Below, piece after piece: positions 26,620 to 36,599 of a stretch of DNA of 64,000 nucleotides; position 1 is the first letter of the stretch, and the number at the start of each line of letters is the position of its first letter. The notes under the pieces are model-generated. The model searched no databases. It was not told the origin of the DNA and saw nothing but the letters and a program-made list of their open reading frames with translations. The translations under genes were made by a program, and so were the position numbers. The stretch comes from Myxococcota bacterium (GTDB lineage: Bacteria > Myxococcota_A > Polyangia > Nannocystales > Nannocystaceae): positions 128,001-192,000 of the forward strand of contig JBCCHT010000006.1 of assembly GCA_039028615.1 (NCBI GenBank), given 5' to 3'.

Positions 26620-28395
26620 TCAGTCTCGGTCGATACAGTCAGGGAAAGCTTCACGCCCGGGTTCGCTGACGACGCAGCGATCGGCCAACTCACCAAAGAG
26701 CAAATCGCACCAGGCGCTCTCCCCATCGATCTGTCCGTCGCCATCGTTGTCGATGCCGTCGTCACAGTTGCCGTTGAAGAATCCCTCACAAAGCGCAGGT
26801 TGATTGTCACACTCCTGCCCCGTGGGCATGCGGCGATTGACCCAACCTAGGTATTCGAGCGGGTTTTCGTAGCCCGTCGAGACATACTCCAGCAGTGGCG
26901 ACGGCAGCTGCATCGCGACCGTGCCGGCCGTGACCCAGCGCGACCCGCCTTCGACATACCAACTATAGGAGCCGTCCCCGAGGCGCTGGTCGCCTTCCAC
27001 GTTGAACGACGTGGGGAGAGTCCCCGACACGATGGCGATGGGAGTGATGGAGCCGATCCTGACGTCGTCGAACGTCGTCTCCAGGGAGGTCAGTGTCGAA
27101 CATCCGCTGACGGGCTCACCGAACACCTCCAGACCGGTGTCCGTGCGATAGCCGAGGGTCACCTCGGTGATGCCGAAGAAGCCACAGTCTCGTCCCGGAG
27201 GAGACACGTCGGCATCACAGAGCGTCGTATCGCAGGCGAGCGTCTCGTCCAGGCAATCGGCCGCGCTGCACGCCGGTCCCGTCCGGCACGGGTTCTCGTC
27301 GGCGACCCCGGTCTCGTCGACGAGCACGCAGCCCGCTTCCGCCGAGCCGCCCGCTTCGTCGTCGAGCTCTTCGCAGGCCTCGTGAAGGAAGCCCATCGGT
27401 CGCGTGACTTCGTCGCGAATCTCTTCGTGGATGGATCGCTTGATCTCTTCCGCCGAACGGGCCGTGCCGTCGTCGTTGATGAGGAGGCCGCCGGGTCGCA
27501 GTCCCCATTCCTGCTCGTAGTCACCGGCATCCATGCTCAAGGCCTGCATCGACTCGAGAGAGCAGGTGTCGACCGCCGTCAGGACGCCCAGGTCGCTCAG
27601 GCGCGTGCTCATGCGCGCGAAGTAGCAGGGGTCGGCAACCAGGTCGGGATCGTCCGCCGGATCCACGTCGGGGTCGGGCGGCGGGTCCCAGGCGAGCCGG
27701 ATGTTGCCGCACGCCATCACGGCCTCATCCGGCGTCGGCTCGGGCTCGGCCCCCTTCTTCATGTCCGTCGGGAAGACCATGATGGCCGCGTCCGCCTGGG
27801 TCTGGAGATAGTCCAGACACCGATGGGTCGGCTCGAACATGTCGTGGACGGCGTTGATCTCGTTGCGCGGGCCCTCGAGATCATCGGCCGTCAGGCGCAT
27901 GCCGCGATTGCCGTCCTGCGTTTCATCGATTTCACGGTCGTAGTCGAAGCAGCACCACGACTCGGCCGAGAAATTGCTCGCTTCACTGAGCGCGCTGATC
28001 ATCCGCACCGTGAGAGTGGCGGTGACCTCGAGCTCGCTGGTGGACCGCGTCCCGTCGAGGGTTTCGACCAGCTCCTCGCAGGCCATGGTGCCCTGGAAAT
28101 CACAGAGCGGAGCCTGGGTCGCGATGCCGGCTTCACCGAGCACCTCGAGCAAGCCTTCGACCTGGAACTTGTCGCGGTCGCTCGCCAGACACCGCGCGAC
28201 GCAATCGTCTTCGTTGTCTTCGCGGCTAAGGCCGGGGCTGCCCCCGAGCGCCGAGGGCAGCAGCCCGCAGCGACTCGCCGCCGAGCAGGCGTCCTCGCAC
28301 TGTTGGAAGGTCGGCGTGAGCCGGGCGCAGGACACGGCCGAGAACACCACGCCCATGCCGATGGTCACACCAATGATCGACCAGGAGTGTTTCAT
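26620..28395 (-). CDS. Acidic Cys-rich lipoprotein with a C-terminal putative metal-binding CDDGIDNDGDG motif
   Basis: Lipobox AVSC; many Cys; NCDDGIDNDGDGQID. The start overlaps the upstream stop (ATGA). Confidence 0.8.
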   Translation of the reverse strand: MKHSWSIIGVTIGMGVVFSAVSCARLTPTFQQCEDACSAASRCGLLPSALGGSPGLSREDNEDDCVARCLASDRDKFQVEGLLEVLGEAGIATQAPLCDFQGTMACEELVETLDGTRSTSELEVTATLTVRMISALSEASNFSAESWCCFDYDREIDETQDGNRGMRLTADDLEGPRNEINAVHDMFEPTHRCLDYLQTQADAAIMVFPTDMKKGAEPEPTPDEAVMACGNIRLAWDPPPDPDVDPADDPDLVADPCYFARMSTRLSDLGVLTAVDTCSLESMQALSMDAGDYEQEWGLRPGGLLINDDGTARSAEEIKRSIHEEIRDEVTRPMGFLHEACEELDDEAGGSAEAGCVLVDETGVADENPCRTGPACSAADCLDETLACDTTLCDADVSPPGRDCGFFGITEVTLGYRTDTGLEVFGEPVSGCSTLTSLETTFDDVRIGSITPIAIVSGTLPTSFNVEGDQRLGDGSYSWYVEGGSRWVTAGTVAMQLPSPLLEYVSTGYENPLEYLGWVNRRMPTGQECDNQPALCEGFFNGNCDDGIDNDGDGQIDGESAWCDLLFGELADRCVVSEPGREAFPDCIDRD

Positions 28396-31112
28396 TGTCG
28401 CCCTCCGCTGATGCCCAGGCCGAAGCCGACGTAGACGTTCGCATCTTGGGTCACCGAGGTCGCCGAGCGCAGCAGTGAATCATCTACCGCGCTCAGGCTG
28501 GCCACGCCCATGATGTTGAGCATGACGGGACCGAGCGGCACGCCGATCCCCAAGTCCAGGTTCACGTCGGTATCGAGGTCCAGCACGATGTCCTCGTCGT
28601 TGCCCAGCCGGAACTCGACCAGCGCGGGATCGACCCGCGAGATGTCCACGAGACCGGAGTTGATCGCGACGCCCAGCCGCGCCCGAAGCTCGACGGGGAG
28701 CTTCGTCGCGCGACTCCGTGCCTCGACGTGCGGCGCGAGCAGCAGCGCGTTTCGGATCCACTGCAGGTTCTCCTGCTGGGAGACATCGAGGTCGACCCAG
28801 TCGCCGCGGGTGCCCGAGTAGATTGTGCGCCCGTAGCCCAGGCTGAAGCCGAAACCCAGCCAATGGTTGGGCAGGTACCAGGTGGCCCCGAGCCGAGGAC
28901 GGAGATAGAGCAGCGCCCGGGAACCGTTGGGGGCATAGGCCAGCGGGCCCCCCGAGATGATCATCTCGCCCCACAGGTCGAGGTTGTGGGCCGTGGCGTT
29001 GACGCACACGGCGTCTTCGACCCCCTCCTCGTCCGTGTCGCCGACCACGACCATGTACCAGCCGGGCCGGGGCGGGAACAGCTCGCCCTCGTACACCAGC
29101 GCGCCCGGGTCGGAGCTGATGTCGAGCCGGTCGCGGCTGCGCATCAGCGTCAGGGTATTCTCCTTGTTGCTCGGCTCCGCGAAGGTCTCGCGGACCGCAT
29201 CGATCGCTTCTTTCGATCGAGCCCCGCGATGCGCCAGCTCTTCACAGGCCCGCGGCCGAACCTCCCGCCGAGCGCCCCGCCGGACCTCGTTCCAGGTCCA
29301 CCTGTCGCGAGCGATGGGCCGGAAGCGGGCGACGATCGAGTCGGGCGTCGACAGGTCGACGTCTTTTTCCTCGGGGGCCTCGAAGACGCGACTGACACGA
29401 ATCGGCTGAGACCGACGATAGTGCGTGTCGACGGGGGGCCGGACGATGCGCGGGCTCTGGACCTCGAAGATCCGGTCGAGCAGCGCACCGAGGGCGGCGT
29501 CTTGTTGGTCGACCCCGCCGAAGCCCACGCTCTGCACGTCGATGAAGTCCTCGAGGTCGAGGCCGTCACGGCTGTAGTAGCCGCGCGCGAACAGGTCGCT
29601 GACGTGGATCGAGGTGGCGCGAATGGAGTACGCCCATCGCCCCTGGTCCTTGCCCGAAGGCTCTCCGGGCGTGCACTGCACGGCGAAGGACAGCAGGGTG
29701 TCGATACCCTGGCGCCACGCTTCCTGAGCGGCGGAACCGAGCAGCGCGTTGGTATCGGCGCCTCGTTCGCTGTCGGCTTCGGACCGACCTCCCATCTGGG
29801 TCTCGAGGCTGGCCAGCGCCTCCGAGGCCTCGGCGTAGGCGGAGAAGTTGGCGTAGTCGCGCTCGCCCCGGTGCGCCGGGTCGCGCTCGAGAATGTGTCG
29901 GGCCCGCTCCTGCACGTCGGTCGCCCACATCGGCGACGTCTCGCAGCCGGGCAGCTTGGAGACGCCGAGCACCGCCACTCGCTGCTGGTCGGGGGTGCTG
30001 AGATCGAGCCGCAGGGTGTCGCACTCGCCGGCCGGCCGCAGCTGTTCGGACGGCGCGGTCGCGGCCACGCCGGACAGATGTCGCACGACCGGCCTGTCGT
30101 TTTCACACACGAGCGCCGCGACTTCGTGGTCGGGCACGCCCGAGCCTCGGCGATCGAGGGTGATGGCGACCGTTCGATCCACCGTGGGATCGGGCCCATG
30201 ACCGCCCTTGGGCGTGTCGCAGACATCCGCCGGGGGACCACCGTCGACGCGCACCCCATCGATGAACAGGTGCGTGCCCGCGTTCATGTGCACCGACATG
30301 TCCAGGCACGAGCGGCGAGGCGGCGCCGCCCAGATCACCGAGTTGCGCCCCATGAGCCCGCGCCAGGCCAGCGGGAGTTCTTGGTTTTCGTGGTTGGCGA
30401 ACACCGCCACCGGCGAGGCCTCGGGCACGGCCACGATCAAGAACCGGTGGCCCCCGAGCTGCACCGCTTCTTCGCGGCGAAACCGTCGCGCGTGCACGAA
30501 GTCGCGGGTGCCCATGACCACTGTGACGTCCACGAGGCCGTCGGCGCGGATGGTGAGCAGCCGCGTCCCCTCCATCGCCTTGAGCGGCACCCCCACGCAC
30601 GACGCAAAGCGCGAGGTGAAGGGCAGCTCCTCCGGCTCCTCGTCGGCGCCTACCGCATCGAGGAACTCGGCGAGATCTTCGGAGTTCCGCAGCTCGGGGC
30701 AACGCTCACCCCGGGCAAACTTGGGCAAGACCGACTCGAGCCGCTCCTGGGCGACGAGCGCGGGCGGGGTGCTGTGAAAACCACCGTCGGCCCACGCGGT
30801 GACCGAGCGCCGCTCGTGGCGACGCAAGATCGTGCTCACGACCCCGGCATGCCAGCCCGACGACGACACGAGACGAAACAGGGCGGCGTAGGTGCTCCCG
30901 TCCTCCCGCGGGCCTTCGATGCAGGCGCGGTGCAGCAAATCTCGCTGCGCTCGCCCCAACGTGGTGAGGCTGTGCACCACGTCGCACCCGGCCCCAGACG
31001 CCGAGGTCGCCGAGGTTGCCGAGGTCGGCTCCGCGAGCGCGCTCGCGTGCGCGGTGCCACCAAGGCTGAGCAGGAGCGCCAGGCTCCCCAGCCAACTCAC
31101 GATGGTCGTCAT
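28392..31112 (-). CDS. Large exported protein with PEGA-like and CsgG/TolB_N-like segments and a probable C-terminal beta-barrel
   Basis: Signal peptide ending AHA; GTHLFIDGVRVDG; QRVAVLG; alternating amphipathic strands at the C-terminus (WLGFGFSLGYG, YVGFGLGISG). ATGA overlap with the CHAT gene. Alternative start 31118. Confidence 0.7.
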   Translation of the reverse strand: MTTIVSWLGSLALLLSLGGTAHASALAEPTSATSATSASGAGCDVVHSLTTLGRAQRDLLHRACIEGPREDGSTYAALFRLVSSSGWHAGVVSTILRRHERRSVTAWADGGFHSTPPALVAQERLESVLPKFARGERCPELRNSEDLAEFLDAVGADEEPEELPFTSRFASCVGVPLKAMEGTRLLTIRADGLVDVTVVMGTRDFVHARRFRREEAVQLGGHRFLIVAVPEASPVAVFANHENQELPLAWRGLMGRNSVIWAAPPRRSCLDMSVHMNAGTHLFIDGVRVDGGPPADVCDTPKGGHGPDPTVDRTVAITLDRRGSGVPDHEVAALVCENDRPVVRHLSGVAATAPSEQLRPAGECDTLRLDLSTPDQQRVAVLGVSKLPGCETSPMWATDVQERARHILERDPAHRGERDYANFSAYAEASEALASLETQMGGRSEADSERGADTNALLGSAAQEAWRQGIDTLLSFAVQCTPGEPSGKDQGRWAYSIRATSIHVSDLFARGYYSRDGLDLEDFIDVQSVGFGGVDQQDAALGALLDRIFEVQSPRIVRPPVDTHYRRSQPIRVSRVFEAPEEKDVDLSTPDSIVARFRPIARDRWTWNEVRRGARREVRPRACEELAHRGARSKEAIDAVRETFAEPSNKENTLTLMRSRDRLDISSDPGALVYEGELFPPRPGWYMVVVGDTDEEGVEDAVCVNATAHNLDLWGEMIISGGPLAYAPNGSRALLYLRPRLGATWYLPNHWLGFGFSLGYGRTIYSGTRGDWVDLDVSQQENLQWIRNALLLAPHVEARSRATKLPVELRARLGVAINSGLVDISRVDPALVEFRLGNDEDIVLDLDTDVNLDLGIGVPLGPVMLNIMGVASLSAVDDSLLRSATSVTQDANVYVGFGLGISGGRQ

Positions 31113-32950
31113 TGCCATTCGACCTTCACCCTGCATGGAAGTTTGTCCGACCAGTTGGACACGATCCGGCTCTTCTTCAGGCCCGACAAGCGACCGCTCG
31201 CGGTCTTCTTGGCGTCGCCGCAGTCCTTGCACGAGCCGAGCTTGGAGCTGCCGTCCTCACGGACCCAGACCTCGACCGAGTAGCGCCCCTGGTCCGGCGA
31301 CTTGAGCTTGTCGCCGACCATCTCCGACAAGTCGCCGGGACATCGAGCCCCCGGGCGGCCCGTGGTCACCACCACCGCCTCGGGCTCGGGCTCGGTCTTC
31401 ACCGGTCGTCGCGGACGGCGGCTCCGCGGCGTGTTCGCGGGTGCGCCCGTGCTGTCCGCCCCTGCGTCGGCGGCCTCGCCCGTCTCCCCTCCGGTCGTGC
31501 CCGCAGCGCTTCCGGTCGAGGAGGTCTCGTCCGGCTCGCCCGAGCCACCGCCCGTGCTCCCCGACTCGGCGGCGGGGGTCGGCTTCGCGGGCTCGGACGC
31601 GGTCGTGGCCACGACTGGAGCCTCGGGAGTCGGAGCTGGACCCGCTGCGCTCTCGGTCGGGTCGTCGGACATCAGCAGCGACAGGGCCCCCGCCGCACCT
31701 CCGAGCAGCAGCAGCACGACCGCGATGATGAGCCCGATGCTCGTGCCGCCCTTGCGCTCCGGGGCGGCGGGGCCGGCAGACGTCGAGACAAGAGCCTCGA
31801 CCGCGGGCGCGGCCACCGGGGGCACGAGGAGCAGGCTGGCGTCGCCGTCCTCGGGCCGCGCGTACAGCTGCAGGCTCGCCCAATCGAGCTGGGTCACCTC
31901 GCGCGAGGCCGCGGATCGGGCATCGACGAAGGCGCGCTCGATCGGGTCACCACGCCACAGCCCGGCGTAGAGCGCCGTGGTCATGCGGGTCGAGCCTCGC
32001 GACGACAAGGGGTAGCGCGAGGCGACCACGCTCTGGATCCCGGCTCGGTGCAGGCGCTGGGCCACGCTACCGATGCGATTGCCCGGCTCGCCCATGTTGC
32101 CGCCGTCGCACGCCGACACCACGACCAGGCGCAGGTCGTGCGCATACGGGGCCAGCAGCTGCTGGAGTCGACCGGGATCGACCACCACCGGGCGCCCGTC
32201 GTCGCCCTCGGCATCGAAGCTCAGGCCGAAGGTCGAGCCGGCCACCGCCCCGTGACACAGCAGATGCATCGCACGAAACGGCCGCCCCTCCGCGTCGGCG
32301 GCATCGAGGCGATCGGCGATCGCCCCGTACGACGCGTTGCTCACCACGTCCACTTCGCCCTGCCCGGCCTTGTCCACCGCGGCTTCGATCGCCTTGGTCT
32401 GCTCGGCCGCGGGCACGCCTCCTCCGGCCGCCGACCACACCACCAACAAGCGCCCCAGGCCTTCGGTGGCGCGAGCGCTGGCCTCGACGGTGGACGTGCC
32501 CGGCCACGCGTAGCGCAGCAGCACGTGATCGAGCGCGCCGAGGTGCTGCCCGTCCGCGCGCAGCGTCAGCAACTCCCAGGGCAAAGCGTACAGCTCGGCC
32601 GCCGCGGAGCGAATGGTCAGGTGCACGCGTCGCCGGGCGCTCCGCGCTTCGACGATCGCCGCTTCGTGTCCGCCCCACCCCGCCGGCTCGAGGAACTCGC
32701 GGAGCAGGCTGCCGACCGAAGCCACCGTCGCCGGGTCACGGTCGGGATCGCGAATCTCGTCGAGGTCGCGCAGCAGCTCGCGATTCCACGGCATCTCGGC
32801 CGTCTCGTACGCCCCCTGGCGACTGCGCACGAGGTACTTTTGGCGAGTGAAGCGGAAGGCGAACGCGTCCTCGGCTTCCTGGGCGCGGACGAACTCGAGT
32901 TCGATGCAAACGGGCTCGTCCGACGAGGCAGTGGAGGTCGGTGCGTTCAT
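31109..32950 (-). CDS. Membrane-anchored CHAT-domain (caspase-fold) protease
   Basis: LYALPWELL, catalytic MHLLCHG and VVSACDG, LDWASLQLY; one TM (IGLIIAVVLLLLGG); Pro/Thr/Gly linker; short Cys-containing C-terminal domain. Confidence 0.9.
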   Translation of the reverse strand: MNAPTSTASSDEPVCIELEFVRAQEAEDAFAFRFTRQKYLVRSRQGAYETAEMPWNRELLRDLDEIRDPDRDPATVASVGSLLREFLEPAGWGGHEAAIVEARSARRRVHLTIRSAAAELYALPWELLTLRADGQHLGALDHVLLRYAWPGTSTVEASARATEGLGRLLVVWSAAGGGVPAAEQTKAIEAAVDKAGQGEVDVVSNASYGAIADRLDAADAEGRPFRAMHLLCHGAVAGSTFGLSFDAEGDDGRPVVVDPGRLQQLLAPYAHDLRLVVVSACDGGNMGEPGNRIGSVAQRLHRAGIQSVVASRYPLSSRGSTRMTTALYAGLWRGDPIERAFVDARSAASREVTQLDWASLQLYARPEDGDASLLLVPPVAAPAVEALVSTSAGPAAPERKGGTSIGLIIAVVLLLLGGAAGALSLLMSDDPTESAAGPAPTPEAPVVATTASEPAKPTPAAESGSTGGGSGEPDETSSTGSAAGTTGGETGEAADAGADSTGAPANTPRSRRPRRPVKTEPEPEAVVVTTGRPGARCPGDLSEMVGDKLKSPDQGRYSVEVWVREDGSSKLGSCKDCGDAKKTASGRLSGLKKSRIVSNWSDKLPCRVKVEWQ

Positions 32951-33211
32951 GCGCGTGGGAGGACATCCTATCACTGCACCTACATCGCGCCGATCGACCC
33001 ACCGAGGGCCGCTGGAGCCGGCGCCGATCGGGCGGCACCGCCCCGGAGCCGTTACGACGGCCGCAGACGCGAATTCGGGCGTTCCCTGACGCGGTTTTTG
33101 CCCTCGGATTTCACCGACGCTCACCACCGCGCCGACGGTCCAAACAGGCGGCGCTCACGAGATGCTCCCCGGCTCTTGTTCCCCCGAGGGCCTTGGTCCA
33201 ATGTCAATGTC

Positions 33212-34876
33212 ATGCGCTTGCGCCCCTTGATGACCTGCTCCGCCCTACTCCTTGGCGCTTGTTTCGATCCCCCCGACGCCCCCGCCGACAGCGAGACCGA
33301 AGCCGCGACCGGCACGGCGGGCGAGACCGACACCCCGTCGACCGCGACGGACCCCGTCGCCACCACCGACCCCGCCACCACGACGGACCCGGACACCACC
33401 GAGACCCCCGAGACGACGACGGCGGGCGACCTGCCTCCCACCATCGAGCTGATGGTGGGCGGCTCCGCGTCCCCGGGCCCCCTGACCAGCTCGGCCCTGG
33501 TCCCGCTGCAGGCCGACGTCACCGACGACGGCACGGTGACGTCCGTCGACTTCCACCAAGACGGCGTCCTGCTGGGCACCGACGACTCGGCCCCCTTCAC
33601 CTTCGAGGTGCTGATGACCAGCATCGACGCGGGCGACTACGAGTTCACCGCGACCGCGACCGACGATGCGTCTCAGCAGACCGAGAGCGACCCGGTGTCG
33701 CTCACCGTCGACATCGACGGAGGTGGCGTGGCCGCGGTGGCCAACGGCCTGTTCCAGTCCGGCGGCCTCATCTTCCAGCCCGGCGGAGGCCTCGTCGTCG
33801 ACAACGACGGCAACGTTATCGTCCAGTCCTCGCTGTCCACCGCCGACTTCGAGGTGACCGGCCTGGGCTCGCTGAGCCTCTCCCCTGATCTGTCGCGCAC
33901 CAACTGGCAGATCTCGGTGCCCACGTCGCTCGTGGAGGGCGAAAACCAATGGCTCATGATGGGGCAACCATGGCTGAGCCCCGATGGCTCCCAGGTGGTG
34001 ATGGGGGCCAACAACCTCGGCGTCGAAGGTGTCGTCGATCCCAACCTCGTGCTCACGCGCGTGGCCACCGACGGCAGCGGCGCGCTGCCCTTCTTCGAGC
34101 TCATGGCGGACCCGGAGGGCGAGTTCCTCAACGTGGGCGGTCTGGCCCAAGATCCCTCGGGCAACGTGATCATGCACGGGCCCGACGACGCGCTCACCAA
34201 GCTCGACCCCGCCACCGACACCATCGTCTGGCAGGCCCCCGTCGGCGCGGTCTGGGACCTCACCGATCTCGGCGGCATGCGACTGCGGACCGACTCGGAA
34301 GGCGACATCATCTTCGACCAGATGGACTGCGACTTCTCAGCGAGCATCTGTGATCTGCGGACCAGCAAGATCCGCGGCTTCGATGGCGTCGAGCAGTGGA
34401 ACGAGGCCATCCCCGCCGATCCGGACAACGTCTTCCTGCACGCAGGAGGCTCCGCTCCCGGCCCGGATGGTCAGGTCATCACCGCCCAGGGGCTCTCGAC
34501 CGCCATGGGCCAGGGCATCCGCATCGTGCTGCGCGACGACAGTGGCACGACCATCGAGGACTACACCCTCGAGGCCCGCGGGGGCTCGACCTTTGCGGTG
34601 GCCGACATCGCCTTCGACGCGCAGGGCTATGTCGTGCTCGTGGGCACCCGGTTCATCAATGGCGAGCAAGAGATGCGAGAGGCCTTTGCCATGCGCTTCG
34701 ACACCGAAGGCAATCAGGTGTGGCAGCGCTCGATCGGCTTCGGAATGATCGAAGACCAGGGCCTGGCTCTGGCTCTGGATACTCAGGGACACGTGCTCGT
34801 GCTCGGCATGAGCGACATCGACCTCGTGTTCTTCGCGTTCACGGGCGACCTGTGGGTCGCCCAGCTCGACCTGTAA
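33212..34876 (+). CDS. Lipoprotein with a bacterial Ig-like domain and a beta-propeller
   Basis: Lipobox LGAC; TTDP repeats; D.DGTVTSVDF..DG..LG.D..APF...G.Y..TA.ATD Ig signature; repeated D..GN(V/I) blades. The 1254-aa track ORF is an over-extension. Confidence 0.82.
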   Translation: MRLRPLMTCSALLLGACFDPPDAPADSETEAATGTAGETDTPSTATDPVATTDPATTTDPDTTETPETTTAGDLPPTIELMVGGSASPGPLTSSALVPLQADVTDDGTVTSVDFHQDGVLLGTDDSAPFTFEVLMTSIDAGDYEFTATATDDASQQTESDPVSLTVDIDGGGVAAVANGLFQSGGLIFQPGGGLVVDNDGNVIVQSSLSTADFEVTGLGSLSLSPDLSRTNWQISVPTSLVEGENQWLMMGQPWLSPDGSQVVMGANNLGVEGVVDPNLVLTRVATDGSGALPFFELMADPEGEFLNVGGLAQDPSGNVIMHGPDDALTKLDPATDTIVWQAPVGAVWDLTDLGGMRLRTDSEGDIIFDQMDCDFSASICDLRTSKIRGFDGVEQWNEAIPADPDNVFLHAGGSAPGPDGQVITAQGLSTAMGQGIRIVLRDDSGTTIEDYTLEARGGSTFAVADIAFDAQGYVVLVGTRFINGEQEMREAFAMRFDTEGNQVWQRSIGFGMIEDQGLALALDTQGHVLVLGMSDIDLVFFAFTGDLWVAQLDL

Positions 34877-34882
34877 CGCGGC

Positions 34883-36598
34883 TCAGCCGAGGTCGAGACC
34901 CAGCGCGTCTCGGCCTGCGGCGGAGTAGCGATCGACGAGGTCCTGGAACTCTTTGCGGCCCAGGTTCAGGTCGCACTCGCGCAGGATCTTGTTGGCCCCC
35001 ATCTCGCCCGCCAGGTACAGGCCAATCGCTCGCTCGAGCGACTCGGCATCGACATCCGGGGCGAGAACCACGGGAGCGACCTGCGGCACGGCGCCGGGGG
35101 TCACGGATGATGGCGACACCGCGGGCGAGGGCGACAGCCCCAGCGCGGCGTAAGGATCGAGCGCCGCTTCGGCCCGCTGCACGACCGGCTGAATGGGCAA
35201 TCGAGCCGCCGGATCACCGAGCAGCACGTACCCCGCCAAGTCGTTGCGCAGCATCCACAGGTGGCCGCGCCGCTCGGCATCGTCGACGTGGCTCTCGATG
35301 AGCGCGGTGAGCTCGGTGTTGGTCTGGCCGTAGTGTCGCAGCAGCTCGCGGAAGGCCACGCCCACCCGGTCGTGCCGCAACAGCCCCGACAGCACGTCGA
35401 CGAAGCGATCGGGGCGATTGACGGGCTTGCTCGTGTCGAGCTCGCGGAAGCTGTAGGTCCACGCCAAGTCGACGTGACCGATGAACGCCAAGGGCCCGTC
35501 GGGGCTGGCCAGCACCGCCTTGGGCACGGCCGCGGTGAAGGGCCGACCGTCGACGGGAAGGCTGGCGGGCACCGCCTCGAGCGAGCCCTGGAAGTGCCCC
35601 GCCGACTGGAGGTTGCGCAGCCACGGCTCGTACTTGCTGGTGCCCGGCGTGCCCGCCCCGAAGCAGGCCATCATGAACCATAGCCCGCCGGGCATGAATG
35701 CTTGGCCGTCGAGGGCTTCGCCCGTGAGCAGCCCGCCCGAGCGACCGAAGCTCATGCCGCCCTGGAACAGGCGCTGTTTTTCCGCCGAGCCCCAGCCTCC
35801 GCGAGGGGCCCCCGCGCCGTGGCTGATGGTGAACAAGAGGCCCGGCTCGGCCTTGATCGCCTCTTCCAGCAGCGGCCCCGGCTTGGGCGTGTAGCCGTGG
35901 TCGACCTCGATGAGCTCGGAGGCGAGAAAGTCTCCCTCCCCGTGGTAGCGCCGGGCGAGGGTGAGGCCGGGCTGCATCAAGCTGCGATGCCCGACGGTGG
36001 TGGCCGAGGTCCGATCGCGCACGGTGTGGAACACGGCGCGCGCCTGCGGAATGGTGGCGGGAGAGTCCTCCCAGCGCAGGACCTTGTCGGCGTAGGTCTC
36101 GTAGTCGCGGGGCTCGGCGAACGCCAGCCGCCCCACGTAGCCATCGGAGCCCAAGATGACCTGGAGCTCGGCCGAGACCTGATCGAGATCGCCCAGGATG
36201 AGCAGGTAGCGGGGGATGTCGCGACGCCGCACGTGCGGCCCCTCGAACTCCTGCTTGCGCCAGCGCGAAGCCTCGGCCGCGGACTGCTTGGGCGGCACCC
36301 GATAGATCTTCACCTCGTGGCCGCCCTGCTGCTCGCGTCGCCGGGCGATCAGTCGCTCGATGCGACCGAGCAGCTCGTCGCCGCTTTCGCCCTCGGGCGC
36401 GATGACCCCCCAGCGCTGGCTGGCCAGATCATTGGCGTCGCGCGACTCGTCCCACAGGTGCTCGGGGTCCTCGTAGCCCGAACCGCCGCCCTCGCCCTCG
36501 CCCGCGCCCTCGGAGGAGACCGGGGTTTCCAGTACGGGCTCGAGCTCGTCGGCATGCACCAGCAGCAGCTCGGTATCGTCGACGGTCGGCTTTGCCAC
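34883..36598 (-). CDS. Gingipain/peptidase C25-like caspase-fold protein with a possible C-terminal HTH
   Basis: PRYLLILGD, YVGRL, catalytic-type FTISHG and MACFGAGT, AFIGHVD..W, YVLLGDPA; Pro-rich linker and helical tail; no signal peptide. Confidence 0.78.
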   Translation of the reverse strand: MAKPTVDDTELLLVHADELEPVLETPVSSEGAGEGEGGGSGYEDPEHLWDESRDANDLASQRWGVIAPEGESGDELLGRIERLIARRREQQGGHEVKIYRVPPKQSAAEASRWRKQEFEGPHVRRRDIPRYLLILGDLDQVSAELQVILGSDGYVGRLAFAEPRDYETYADKVLRWEDSPATIPQARAVFHTVRDRTSATTVGHRSLMQPGLTLARRYHGEGDFLASELIEVDHGYTPKPGPLLEEAIKAEPGLLFTISHGAGAPRGGWGSAEKQRLFQGGMSFGRSGGLLTGEALDGQAFMPGGLWFMMACFGAGTPGTSKYEPWLRNLQSAGHFQGSLEAVPASLPVDGRPFTAAVPKAVLASPDGPLAFIGHVDLAWTYSFRELDTSKPVNRPDRFVDVLSGLLRHDRVGVAFRELLRHYGQTNTELTALIESHVDDAERRGHLWMLRNDLAGYVLLGDPAARLPIQPVVQRAEAALDPYAALGLSPSPAVSPSSVTPGAVPQVAPVVLAPDVDAESLERAIGLYLAGEMGANKILRECDLNLGRKEFQDLVDRYSAAGRDALGLDLG

Positions 36599-36599
36599 A

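Noticed and set aside
31112..34876. 1254-aa plus-strand ORF
   Set aside because: The first 700 codons are the antisense shadow of the CHAT gene; the real lipoprotein starts at 33212.
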